This document shows, piece after piece, positions 24,903 through 37,600 of a DNA stretch of 64,000 bases (the stretch's first letter is position 1; the number at the start of each line of letters is the position of its first letter). Source of the stretch: Entomortierella parvispora E1425. Taxonomy: Eukaryota > Fungi > Mortierellomycota. The notes under the pieces were generated by a model, which was given only the letters and a program-made list of their open reading frames with translations, was not told the origin of the DNA and made no database searches. Both the position numbers and the translations under genes were made by a program. The stretch covers positions 1,674,001-1,738,000 of the forward strand of contig BQFW01000003.1 of NCBI GenBank assembly GCA_020891255.1, given 5' to 3'.

Positions 24903-26440
24903 CTATTTGCGCTGTGGTTGCCAAGGTGTTGCAGATGTGGCTAGTCGAGCCTCCAGTCGAGCTCGAGGCGGAGGGTATGTTGGGAATGGAGGTCGCTGTG
25001 CTGGGAATAGTGATGCAGAGCCCGGAACCATGGAAGCAACTCTCCACATAACTTCTCGAAAATCACAAAGTTCTTGTTTCAGTGCGTGTTCTTGAAAATC
25101 ACGAAGTTCTTGCTTTAGTGTGTGTATTGCTCTCCCAAGATCCGTCCTAGTTAGAAGTTCCTCACGGCATACATGATCGATCCTGGAGGACATCACTTCG
25201 TGTTTTTTGGAAAGGTCCCCAACGAGGTATATAAGAGAATCCACATTATCCCCTATCTTCGTCTGCTCTAACGCGAATCCCCTGGGCATTCTCGTTGTCG
25301 TCGATACCGAGGTAGTCTTAGGCATCGGCGCAGAATGATGTGTGAGGGATAGGGGCATCGTTGACGGTGGACTTGGGAGGTGAGGTTGCCGTTCCGGTTG
25401 TTGCTGAATAGAGGACGTAGCTACGGAGTGGAGGTTTTCAGTTCGTTGTTGATCGTCCACTGGATCATTTTCCCAATGAGCAGCGCCAGCTTTCCCTGAC
25501 CTTTGTCCTTCACTATTACGTTGGACGCTCCCCACATGCGTATCCAGCCCAGGTATTCCGTCGGCTTCATCATCACCACCCTCTGCCTCCTTTTCAGCCT
25601 CGTCGTCGTCATGCTCACTGTCGTCACTGCCTGATACAGGATCGTCGACTTTTTGTTTCTTCCAAGTTCTCTGATTCTCTACACCCTGGTCCTGTGTTGT
25701 ATTTGCATTCACCGTCAAACGCGCCCTCTCATTCGCGGTGAGAGAGAGGTTTCCTGTTTGATCTGCAAGATGACTCGATCGTAATCGCGCAAAGAGCGGC
25801 AGAGTTCCAACAATCGGGTTGTATAGAGATCCACCCCTGGGGCGCAAGCGGCAAGGGCCTCAAAGGCGTTGCAGTCAGAACAGAGTCTCACAATGGCTCC
25901 ATACAAGGCTCCTGCTGTGACTCCCTTTAGACTTGGCTCGGTACGCTCTAGCTCCATGGAAAGCAGGGCATACAGATCGCCAGTTTTGTACAGGGTCATA
26001 GACCTCAGCTCGGTCTGGTCGTTCGCACAGAGATCATGAAACCGATGCACAAGGAATTGGACGGCCAAAAAGATCCTTCTCTGGTTTCTGCCGTTGCAAC
26101 AGGCTTTAAGGCCACTGTAGCGTCTCGACGCAGCATGAGATGCCGAAAAAGCATGGTAAGCTGTGCGAGAAAAAAAAAAAAAAAAAAAAAAGGAAAAGAA
26201 TGAGTAACTGTCCAAAATGATGTCTGAAATTCCATTTCATTCAGTACCTTCTAGCATTCTGCCTTCCTTTGAAAAAGCTCTGCTGGTCTGAAGAGACTCG
26301 ACATCTTTAGGTTTAGGATCCTCAAAAATCTTTTGGAAATGGTTGAGATGGGAACTGACATCTCCATTCGGTTCTTTGCCCCTGGACCAAAGACGTTTTG
26401 AGACATGGAAGAAGTGAAGAGATGACAGTGATGATTTCAT
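24903..26440 (-). pseudogene. Unknown gene inside the TIR element, apparently frameshifted
   Basis: ATG at 26440; exon 1 splices in phase 1 (g|gtactg...cag|ct) into the 25715-26215 frame, which overlaps a second 314-aa ORF (24903-25847). The frames join if one CT unit is removed at 25740-25748. Confidence 0.4.
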
Positions 26441-26500
26441 TTGACATGAGCCTTCCTGCTTTTAGTGGACTGGGGAAGTCATGGTTTGTTGCCGTCAAGC

Positions 26501-26560
26501 AAATAAGAGCACCATCCGTCGAATAAGAGCACCGTCCGTCAAATAAGATCAACTTCCGTC
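26501..26560. repeat. Tandem 20-bp repeat x3 in the right arm of the TIR element
   Basis: aaataagagcaccatccgtc / gaataagagcaccgtccgtc / aaataagatcaacttccgtc. Confidence 0.9.
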
Positions 26561-28837
26561 AAATACAGTAAGAAGCTGTCGGACGGTCTGGCAAATAGAC
26601 ACGACCCCATCAGTCTACCGTTCGCCATGCGCACGCCTTCGCCTTTGCCCACCTACCTTTCTTGCCTCTCACACAACCACAAAAACTCAGACTATACTCA
26701 CGGGAAAATAAAGGGAGTGAACCGTCAATGCAACAACCTCTGAAAGGCGCCAGTTTGGCATCATTGCGCGAAGTCGCAACGGGAAACATTGGGAGACGCG
26801 TGCCATTGAGGTGAGATGAGCGCGTACCTCGCTCCGCGTCACATTGCTCGAACCACGCTGGAGAATCTCGAAAACAGGAGCTTGACTGTTCATCACCGCA
26901 GGAAAGATTGAAATCCTGATGAACGCTACCATCTGCCAATCTAAGGGCCAAGTAGGAGCATTTGAATCGGTGAGGGCTGAATGGCATTATGATGTTTGTG
27001 AAAGACTTGCTTGGAGATGGTCGGTTTCTCATTGCAGCGCGTGTCATGGAGCCAAGGGGCAGGCAGCCGCCAGAGGAAAGGGTCAACTTCATTGCCTCTA
27101 CCCCGACTGGGGTTGATTTGGTGGTCTGTGTGCTCACGGAAAGGCAACGGCGCCACAGCCGTGGAGGACTGATGATCTCCGCACAAAGTCAGTGCGCCAA
27201 AAAAAGCAGGGCTCACGATTCAGTGTCCTGTTTCGCATGGCAATGAACACGCGAACGGAACATGGAATGAAACCGGGCTTTGATTGTTCATCATTCTCTC
27301 CTTCTCGATGCACTTGTTGAACGAGCCCCATCAGGTGAATTGCATCTCACATTGCCACCTCCACTGCCCCTGCCTCTTCTCCCTTTCCTTTTGTGTTTGT
27401 TTGTTTGATAAAATAAAGATAGTACCATCGGTGCGCAAGTGTATTCAGTGAATTCACTCACGGTGATACCGAGGTCAAAAATATGGGAAATAGAGGACCT
27501 TCGTCCAAGAGCATACTTGGACAACAGAGGGGCATTAGGAGATATGTAGACGTTCGGCCCTTGGGTTTCGGGCGGTGTCATCCTCCATACCTCAACTAAC
27601 TTCTCTGATGCCGTCGCAGCATCGAGTCGATGATCAACTAAACAGATCTGTGAAGAAGAAAGAAGGAACTGGCTTTGAGGGCAGCTTTTATACCCGTTGA
27701 GGGGCGGTCACTTTGAAAGCTGGTGACCGAGGGGGGACAAAATCGCCAATGGTGGGCACGTCTGTGTAACGCAAAAAGCTCGACGGTTTTGTCAAGAAGA
27801 AAGCCGTCGATTTCATTCCAGGTTTTTTCGATTTCTACGCATGTAAACTTTGTCTGGGCACGGCCCGTGCATTTGCTCCATTCATTCACATCATGAATGC
27901 TGCCATGCATCTCTTCTTCCGTGCGTTCACTGCCCGCTGTTGCTTGCTACCAGAAACATCACAATTCGTGGCCTCCTGTGGCTGTCTAACTATCTGTGAT
28001 GGACCCAGAGAATGAAAACTGATTTTTAGTGTCCTCCAAACACACAGTTGCGTTGGTGGGCAGGTTGGGCCATTTTGCCCAATGGTGTAACCAGTGTGCG
28101 TATAAGGGCGTTGCTATGATTCCGTTTGAGAAGAACTCTAAGGGAAGGTCTTGGTGCTGCTCAAAAGTAAGGAAGAAAAACACAGGTCAACATGGACGAT
28201 CAGGAGCACGGAGCGGAAGGGGATTGGGGTTGAACTATCGTCACTCCTTTTGGCACTCAAGCAGTTGGAGCTGCGTAAGTTCCAGGCCGCGAACTATCGA
28301 AGACTTACACGAAGACTTACAATGTTGGATCAAGAGTCGAAGTCGATCCAAGCAGAAGTGCGCTCCAGCCAATGCTCAAATAGAGACAATTCCCACATGT
28401 TGCAGGGGAAACTAGGAGTCGCTCGCTAGGAGTTAAAAAAACAAGGTGTCGACAAATAATACCGCGAGGTTGTCAACAAGTGGGATCATTTTAGGTCAAG
28501 GTCCCACTGGGGTACTCCAGGTATTGAAATGGACTCAATTACGTTGAAGCAAAGTCAGCAACAAGAAATCCCAAGGGATGGATTGAACACACGATATCGA
28601 AGTGCTCGCTTGTAGTCTTTTTACGTTCGATCTGGGATGGTGTAATACACACTGTTAGGCCAAAGAGTGGATTATCGAAGCACATTGGACGTTGCAAGGA
28701 TGTGGTATCTGCCACAATTGTTTGGCTGAGGGCTCCGCTGCGTGTTTTTTTTTCCACAGAATTCACTTAAAGCTATGGTCACTCCAACAATTGTAGCCGT
28801 CCAAGGTATAATAACATAGACTGACACGCAACTTGGC

Positions 28838-29218
28838 TTAGAGAGTATATTCAGCATCGTCCTCATCATCACTGAAATATCTATATCTATCTTTGCAGAG
28901 TACTTCTTTGCCGTTCGGCAATATGATGCGGCAATTGTCAGCAGTGATACGATCGGCAGGAGGTTTGGTGAGGGGAAATCTTCGACAGGGTTGGCCGCCG
29001 CAACCAGTCTTGGGATCGATGGGTTCGCCGAGAAAATTGACGCCCCAGCCGTTATCCCAGTCTTGAAGGTACTTGTGGGTCCAAATGCTCTTGTCTGTTG
29101 GAGTCAAATCGTCCTCGGTCAGTGGGTCATCCTCGTCCACTATATCGTATACCATGGCCGAAGTCAAGGCAAGGCCAGAGAGCAAGAACAGGAATGCAGA
29201 GAGCTTGATGGGCTGCAT
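28838..29218 (-). CDS. Small secreted protein, 126 aa, 4 Cys, acidic ends
   Basis: Signal peptide MQPIKLSAFLFLLSGLALTSA, then an acidic segment, four Cys and an acidic tail. Single exon. Confidence 0.65.
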   Translation of the reverse strand: MQPIKLSAFLFLLSGLALTSAMVYDIVDEDDPLTEDDLTPTDKSIWTHKYLQDWDNGWGVNFLGEPIDPKTGCGGQPCRRFPLTKPPADRITADNCRIILPNGKEVLCKDRYRYFSDDEDDAEYTL

Positions 29219-29432
29219 TGGTTGAATGAGAATAACAAGGGAGGTAGATGAGAGAAAAGAAGTGGGGAAGAGAACAGTGGAGTCCACACTTTTCACTTTA
29301 ATAGTCTCGACCCAGACGCGACCTGCCAAAAAAAAACCCGCCCCTTAAATAGGGGACTCCAGAAGCAGAAGCAGAAGGCGCCGTGCCCATGTGCCTTTGA
29401 TTCGATCTTTGTCCCCCCTTTGCACCCCCATA

Positions 29433-32231
29433 ATGTCCATTGCGCCACCACCATTGCCTTCGGCCATCAGCGGCTTCGGGAACCAGAATGCCGCCGAGGA
29501 GACGACGTCCCAGGAGAATGGATCTACTCCTATGGATACTACCACGACTGATGAAGTCGGATTCATTTACCCCCCCCCTCACATCAAAGGTACGATACGA
29601 TCATCAACATCAGACATCAGACCAAAGCAACCTACCCATTACCTTCAAGTTATTCTAAACATGTCTTCTTCTATCGTGTGCTGTATGTGTCGCCTATAGA
29701 AATTGCTGACAAGACAGCAGCCTATGTTGCAGGCAGTGGATCAGGAGCATTGCTGGAGGAGCGTTTGCGACAGAGTGAAAAGAACAATGCTCGATTCTGT
29801 TTCTTGAACCCAACAGATCCCTTCCACGCTTACTATGCATTCAAGGTCCAGGAGGCAAAGTCCGGAAAAGGTAAGAAGGAGCTGCTCGCTCTCCATGAGG
29901 AACTGCAATGGTTGCATGAGTAGAAAAGAAAAGAGTAGATCGCTTACTATTTCTTTAATATTCTGCTTAGCCCCCAAGGCTGCCGAGATCAAGGCTGAAG
30001 TAGAGGCTAAAGTCGAGGAAGCGATCAAACCACCCCCTCAGGAACCACCAGAGTTGGAGTTTATGGCTCCCATGCCTTCCGTCTCTGCTCAGGATCTGTA
30101 AGGCTTAACGAGACGATCAGGACACTTGTCTTTATTTTATTGTTCAGGCGTACTCACCATGTCCATTTTGTTGTTTATTCTATTTTCTAGGGACATTATG
30201 AAGCTTACAGCACAGTTTGTGGCCAGGAATGGAAGAAACTTTATGGACTTGTTGAATGAGCGCGAGAAGCGCAACTACCAGTTTGATTTCCTCCGAAACA
30301 ACCACAGTCTGTTTGGCTACTTTTCAAAACTTGTGGAGCAATACACAAAGATCCTCGTACCGACCCCTGTGATGTTGGAGCAGATCAACGCCAGATCCAA
30401 GGACAAGTACGCTGTTCAGGAGAACGTCATGAAGCGAGTTGAATACACTGCTTACCAGCAAGAGCTTCGAAAGAAGAGAAACGAGAAGGAGGATGCTGAA
30501 AGACGTAAGTTCACACGATCAATCGGTACTTCGCTTCAAATTAACGTGAATCAACTCTAACGTTTTCTGTTTTGTTGCGAATTATTTTTGATAGAGGCAT
30601 TCTTGAGCATCAATTGGCAGGATTTCGTGGTTGTGCAGACAATCGAATTTACAGAGGCTGATGATGCCGTAGAGTTGCCGCTTCCCAAGAGTCTTCGGGA
30701 GCTCGAGAATATGTCTTTGGCTCAGAAGAGAATGGTTCAGATCTTGGCAGAAACGGAGCACGCTCCAGCGGATGGACCTCAGGATATTGAAATTGACGAT
30801 AACGATGATGATGTCGATATGGAGGACTCTGACGACGAGCAAGAAGAAGAGCAAAGCGGACGCTCAAACGAGGTGGTGATGACCGCCCCTTTGACTGGAT
30901 TGCCCATGAAGATCAAGGAGGATTATGTTCCCAAAGCCTTCAAGGGACGCACAGGAGCGGCTTTGCAGGAAGCGACACAGACATGTCCTCGTTGTGGAGA
31001 GGAAATCCCCATGTCAGAGATGGACGAGCACGTTCGTATCGAATTGTTGGACCCAAGGTGGAAGGAATTGCGCGAGCAGGCTGATGCCAAGAACAAGGCC
31101 AGTAACATGCTTTCAGATGGTAAGACAAGCGCCCTTTTTTGTGCCATTTGGATGATGGACTTTTGGATGATTATACTGACTGTCTTTTTGTTCTGAATAT
31201 TAGGTACTGATGTGGCAAAGAACTTGAACATGCTCAAGGTTCATCGCACAGATATTTTCACTACGGAAGAGGAAGACAAGAGGAATGCAGAGGAAGAGAG
31301 AAAACGTCGAATTGAAAAGGAAATGAACGTTTGGGACGGTCAAACCACCACCGTGGCCATTACCGCACAGAGGAATGCTGCCGCTGCTGCTGCCGCTGTT
31401 GCAGCTGGTGGCCCATCATATGGACAGGAAGCTGCAGCAAGAGACGCAGAGTCTTCGATCGGCCCTCAGATGGGACACTCCCCAGCTCAACCCCCTCTTT
31501 ACCATCAGCCTGGATCGTATAACCAAACTTACCGCCTTCAACCAGGTGGCTTGCCTCCACCACCCATGCCTGCCATGGTTCCCCCACCTGGCATGCCCGG
31601 TATGCCACCCCACTTTGCCCCTCCCCCAGGCATGCCTCCATTCTACCCAGGACCACCTGGACTGGCACCCCCTCCACCCCCAGGTTCAGGATTGGCGGCT
31701 CCTCCTGCTTCGGCTAACTTGCCTCCTCGGCCAGCTGCCCCCGCTTCAGCTTCGGCCCCAGCTCCTGGAACCTCATCACCACAGGTGCCTGCCCAGACAC
31801 CTCCTGTGGGCCGCCATGCAGATGAAGATCTTTTAGAACAGGACCGTGATAACAAGCGACTGAAGTCGGAGCACAACTCTCCCTTCCCTCCTTCTGGATC
31901 TCCTGCTTTTCCTGGATCCCCTGCGACATCCTCGCCCTCATTACCTATGGGACCAAGCTGGATTACGCTGGATATTCAATTTGCGGACTCTGATGATATC
32001 AAGCCAGAGTGGAACCGGGACAAGCTGTCAACAGTTACTATCGAGAACTTGGTTAGCGGTACGATGGTATCGACGTTGAAGGATCGTATCATGGCAGCAA
32101 CTGGATTCCCAGTAGGAAAACAAAAGCTGATTTTGAGCGATGGCACGATCACCAAGAACGCGACGACGTTGGGCGAGTATGGATTCAGGATCGGCCAACG
32201 CGGCGAGCTGAAGTTGGCGGTGAAGAAGTAA
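29433..32231 (+). CDS. PRP21: Splicing factor 3A subunit 1 (SURP domains, PRP21-like domain, C-terminal ubiquitin-like domain)
   Basis: IYPPPHIK-EIADKTAAYVA, FLNPTDPFHAYY, DIMKLTAQFVARNGRNF, NYQFDFLRNNHSLFGYF, INWQDFVVVQTIEF, CPRCGEEIPMSEMDEHVRIELLDPRWKE, and a C-terminal UBL domain. Confidence 0.95.
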
Positions 32232-33103
32232 ATGTACTATTTTATTAGAAAAAGCCAGGAAGGAAGTAGGAGTAGTCAAAGATGAGTAAAGGACAAAATA
32301 AATGAAAAAAAGTCCATACATGCACACAATGCACGCACCATACCAACCTGCAGCCAGAGAGACACGCCACCAATTTCCCACGGAGAGGGACAATAAAAAT
32401 TAAATTGTCGCACGGAGTTGGAAGCCCTCTTTTCCAAATCTCTTATTCAGGTAGAGATTTCTGACAGTCACTCGGAGAGGCAACATCCATGGCCATCCAT
32501 GGCCATCCATCAACTGCAGTCAATGCCAACAGCCATCCATCAGGACAGGACCCTCTCTCGCCGCTGCTTGTTGCAGTGCGTCATGGATCAGAATCACCGT
32601 CATCGCCACAGGAGTCTTGGAGGGGTGGAATGAAGGGGGATTCATCTGGATGTCAAAAGAGATGGATGAATGGACGAGGGCATTGGGCAGATGGACGGGT
32701 GAATGCTGCCTGAAATCCTCTTCTTTTGTCCATGGACAAATGAATGATTCATGTCGGCACAGACATCTTGTAATCTCCCTACCAAAAGCTTCGTTCATGG
32801 ACTTTGAGAAACAGCTCTTTCCAGAGAGAACAGGACACTCCATGGGGAACCTTTGATTCGAAAGAGTCCATCGCAAATCAGGGAGGAGGAAGACTCTGCA
32901 TCAATCAGCCAGAACACACCACATCAGCAAGAAGCAATATAGAACCAACAACAGACTGCCTTTGAGAGAAGAAAGGGGGCCCATGACCTCTGCAGGAGAA
33001 TATATTTCCATCAGGAGCTGCTCGTCAACCAGCAGATCAGATCATCAGTTGGCAAAAAGTCAGACCTCTAATCCGTGCTCTGCTTTCTGTCGAATAGGAC
33101 AAT

Positions 33104-34337
33104 ATGGTCAGATACGCTGCCACCCCAGCCAACAGCTCCAAGAGTAAGTGACAGGAGATATATTGATCAGCAGGGACATATCATTGGAATGCTGTCAAAG
33201 GACAGAAGCAAAAGGAAACTCTCGCTCTTGGACTCGTTTTATTCCACTTCAACTTGCACAAATACCTAACCAACTATCAACTCTTTTCAACGCTCTATCA
33301 GCTGCTTTGTCTCGCGGCTCCTACCTCCGTGTTCACTTCAAGAACACCCGTGAGGTCGCCGCTGCCATCTCCGGCATGAAGTTGACCAAGGCTTTGACCT
33401 ACCTCGAGGATGTCAAGGAGCACAAGCAGGCCATTCCTTTCCGTCGCTTCAACGGCGGTATCGGTCGCACTGCCCAGGCCAAGCCCTTCGGTATGACCAT
33501 GGCCCGCTGGCCCGCCAAGTCCTGCGAGTTCGTCTTGGACTTGCTCAAGAACGCCGAGTCCAACGCCGAGGTACTACTTTTTTTTTTCATTCATTTCGCA
33601 AGAATGTCTTTTTCTCTTGCTTTTCTCATTGGGAAGATAACAGACTCCAGCAAATTACGCCATGGGAAAATCAAAAGGATCGACCGGCATTTGATATCTT
33701 TGCATCATGGAAGACAGGATTGGAGTTGAGCAACAATTTCGCCCCTCGATTATCAGAATAAGGCGAGGGATCGAAACACTTTTCGGCATATAAGGGCAAT
33801 TGCAACACCTTTTTGTGTGGCGCTGTTGGCGAATTTTTTGGGGCGACATCCAGAAGTCAGTTGGAAGCAGAGCTATTGAAATCAGATCGCCATTGTGGGA
33901 GAGAGATTTTTGCAATTCGAGGAACTTTCGACTTTACTACTACATGTGGCGTCTTTTTATCTTCATCTGGAAACACGCCTGCGACACGGCAATATGCAGG
34001 AACACAGCATGATCAGGAGAACAAGAGGATCCAGCATTGAACTACCCTTGGAGAACAAATTCTCACCCTTTTTGTGCTTGTCCTTTCTCTTCTAAATCAT
34101 CAGGTTAAGGGCTTGGAGCAGGAGGCTCTTGTCATCAAGCACATCCAGGTCAACCAGGCTCCCCGCCAGCGTCGCCGCACCTACCGTGCTCACGGTCGCA
34201 TCAACCCCTACATGTCCTCCCCTTGCCACATCGAGATCATTCTCGCTGAGGAGAACGAGGGTGTCAAGCGTGAGGTTGAGGCCAAGAAGCCCAAGCTCAA
34301 CGCTCGTCAGCTCGCTGCCCGTGCCCGTCGCGCTTAA
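33104..34337 (+). CDS. RPL17: 60S ribosomal protein L17 (uL22), three exons
   Basis: [13 protein letters not shown] / [28 protein letters not shown]...[22 protein letters not shown] / [44 protein letters not shown]. Exons at about 33104-33144, 33302-33570 and 34102-34337. Confidence 0.98.
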
Positions 34338-34687
34338 ATAATAAACCAACAAACGCTCCCCATTTACGAGAGAAAAGAAAGAAAGAAAAAAAGATGGAAA
34401 AGGAGGGCAGGAATAGACTGAGAATCTAGGGAAGTAAAAACTCCCTTTTTTTTCGGATCCTTTCCTCTCTCCTTGACCTTTTTTTTTTTTTTTTTTTTGT
34501 CTTATCCTTATTGTTCTGAGAAATGAAGCAACCTAAAAAAAAACACGACTGCCCCCAGTTTTCTTTTTCATTCTTGACATTGATGGTTGGTGCCCTTGAC
34601 GAGTTGATACTGCTGAAAAAGAAGAAGAGAAGGACCCATCGTGTGCTGCTGGGGATAATAGCGGTAAGGACATGGATTTTATTTTCG

Positions 34688-37600
34688 TCAGGTAGAGAGT
34701 GCCAGGATAAGACCATCCAGGTAATTGGATCCACCCTCTGCTGCTCCTGAACTTTGAGCGTCTGCAGGTGAAGGAGAAGCCGCAGTGTTTTTGCCAGAAC
34801 CATACCCACGCGCTGCATTCGCGTTCACAACGACTTTTAGACTCTTGGCCAAGAAGGCGCGGCACCGATCAAACTCTTGCTCCAAGGCCTCTAGTTGCTC
34901 CATGTACGAAAGACTTGAAGAGGCAGAAGTGGGAGGGGGAAATGAGGCTCCAGCCCCTGCGGTAGGTAGTCCACTGTGAGTCCTCTTCCTGACATCTGCG
35001 CCGAGAGGTAACGAAGCCCCAGTTGAGGACGAGGATGATGCTGCACCACCTGTTACGATATGAGAAAGTCTCGTGCTGATCGCTAAAGGATCGTTGCCCA
35101 TCTTTTGCTTCTTGTTTCGCGTGAGATCGCCCTCCATATCGTCCAACTCCATATCCTCGTCTTGGTCTACCCTCTCTTCTCTCTCATCTTCGTTCTCGTC
35201 TTCTTCAGAAAACTCGTCCGAATCCGATGAGCTGAGTTCCTCGCGCTCGTATCCTGGTCGCTGCAATTTCTGGATATTAAAACTTGTCCTCCGACCACTC
35301 CGCGTGACATGGCTCGAATCTGTACTCTGTTGCTGTTGCTGTTGAGCATGCAACTTTCGACGCTGTCGTTCCTGATCTCTTATGAACTTTGAAAACAAGG
35401 TCGAGAACTGCAGAGCCAGATTGAGCATCGTCATCAAGGACCGATGCAGCGGTACTGTTCGATCCTTCAGGAAACAGCGCTCGTAACAAACACGAATAAA
35501 ACGCTGCGAGAGTCGGATCATGTCATCCAGATCGCCCTGTTTCTCAATCTCAGAGTGATACTTTTGAACTTGAACATCGAGAACCTAGGTTGCGAAATGG
35601 AGAGTGAGCAAAGATTTTTTTTTACTCGGTTGGACTTCTTTGAGCAAATTGTGTCAAATCCAATCTCCAGCTTACCGTCATCATCAGATAGCTCCATAAA
35701 TCGTTCACCGCGCTTAAGAATCTCAGTCTCAATTTCCAAAACAACCCCAACTCGGGACTTTGCCTTGGCTTGGACTTTAGGAACGACGAGAGCTCCATCG
35801 CATGTTTGGCTATCCGGACTTGGAATAGTAAACTAGTGATACGCCCATACATCCGCCTAGCATTTGGAGTCGAGTAGACTATGCCTCCTAGAGGCCATGG
35901 TAGCTGAAAAAAGCCGGCCATGATAATTTGAAGTTAGATCCGCATTCAAGTGGTACTAAGGCAAACTTGAGATTTTGTTTCTTACCAGGTACTCAAACTC
36001 GATAGTGTCCAGCAGCTGTACTTTGAGTCCAGAAAGAAAGGTTTGCGGTCCCTTGATGGCGCCCTGAGAGGATGCAATCTTGATGTTGACAAACTTTGCA
36101 TGTGGCCACTCACAAAATGCGGCCGACTGGTCAAAAGTTGAGCCCAGGACATAGATATCGTACCAATTCCTCTTTCTCCTTATCTAAAGAGACCGAGCAA
36201 AGAAAAACGCCTGTGTCAGTAACTGAGAAATCCAATCATACCCGTATCGGCCTCGAGTTCATAGAGTGCAAGAGAGAGATAGAAAACATACCTTGGTGAA
36301 AATGTCGGTGCTATAAGAATGCATGATTTCACCCTGCATCATGAAATAAAACTCTGCCATGCCCTTCAAATGCCACTGTAGTCGCAACCGTGTGAAAAGG
36401 ATGGACTTTAGCAGAGTGTTTGCACTCTTATACTGCTCATCTATCGATGCGGCCAAAATGCTGTCCATTCGCCATTGGAAATCAACCTCCTCCAGGGAAT
36501 AGTCCTCGAATGGATCGCCACCATTCATAGAATGGGCGTGAGAAGGAGTGGGGTTGATGGCGGACAATATAGGGCACTGTCGATCCAAGGTCGATATAGC
36601 CCTTGGGAAGTCAAGGCCAAAGTCCTTTTGAGTGAGCGACTCTTTTGTTGGTACGGGAACAATATCCATACTGGAAGAGACCGCACTCTCAAATATCCTG
36701 CTAAAAACTGCTGATGCGTATCCGATTGGTTTTTGAACATCGAAAGCCTCCTCTGCCAGCAAAGCGTCAATGATTCTAGTAGCTTTGCCAGTGTAGAGGA
36801 TTTGATCAAGGGAGGTTTCGCTCAAGAAACTAGGTCGGATTCTCAAAGGCGTTCCTTGATCTGCAGCCTCGGTTTCTACCTTTACACCTTCAGACCAATA
36901 TCTAATTGAAAAGAGATCGATATTCGGTACCCTATATGGACATTGAAATGATAGCATCAGAAAATATTGCACATTGAACCCTCTCTCTATTTGCCCAATA
37001 GAATATGCACCTACGTCCGTATCATGAACTCGCTTTCAGAGTCGAGAGGCAGTCCTGAAAGCCAGCATTCAGTATTCCTCAGGAACGGTCGTATGCTCAA
37101 TTTCAACAATCGATAAAATGTCCCTGCTATCCGAGTTTCACCACACAGCCTGTTTTGACAGACCACTTCATAAAGATCCGACAACAACCTGCACGAATAT
37201 TGGCACCATTGATCCTGCGAATCCTGATCTTGCTCTAATTAGCAAGGGAAAAGTAAATTAATATGTAATGTGAGGCATGTCGGATAATACGGTGCAGCTT
37301 CATCAACTTACTGTAAAATGGACATTGCTGAATAAACTCCAGTAGCTGGCGGACCAAACTTAATGGATCGGAAAGGGAAGCGTGCAGCTCAAGTAAAGAT
37401 GCCATATGGATTTCATGACCTGTCACCGACGTTCTTGATTAGCTTCTGGAGATATAGCGTCCTGAAAACATCTAGACCCCACCAAACTTACTTTTTCTCG
37501 TCCGCTGATATTTTTGCTGCAGAGCAGCCAATCTCCATTTCAAGTTTCCCAGTTCCACATGAACTCCTGATGCAAATGTTTGAACAATCTTTCCGTAACG

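Larger units (their letters stand above)
24670..26602. mobile_element. Putative TIR-bounded element (1.93 kb) with internally repetitive arms and an unknown cargo ORF
   Basis: 24670-24698 (gtgtctctttgccggaccgtccgacagct) is the reverse complement of 26574-26602 at 27/29 positions. Both arms continue in copies of a ~20-bp unit. No target-site duplication or transposase motif was seen. Confidence 0.55.

Noticed and set aside
26501-26560. 20-bp tandem repeats as a CRISPR-like array
   Set aside because: The units are contiguous with no unique spacers, there are no cas genes and the context is eukaryotic. They are better explained as subterminal TIR repeats.
32484-32700. CCATCCATGG repeats and complementary GATGGA motifs upstream of RPL17
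   Set aside because: They are short and imperfect, with no long stem or ORF; probably simple-sequence noise.
33571-34101. Long RPL17 intron 2 as a snoRNA host (vertebrate RPL17 hosts U58)
   Set aside because: No RTGATGA/CTGA box pair and no convincing H/ACA layout were found by eye.
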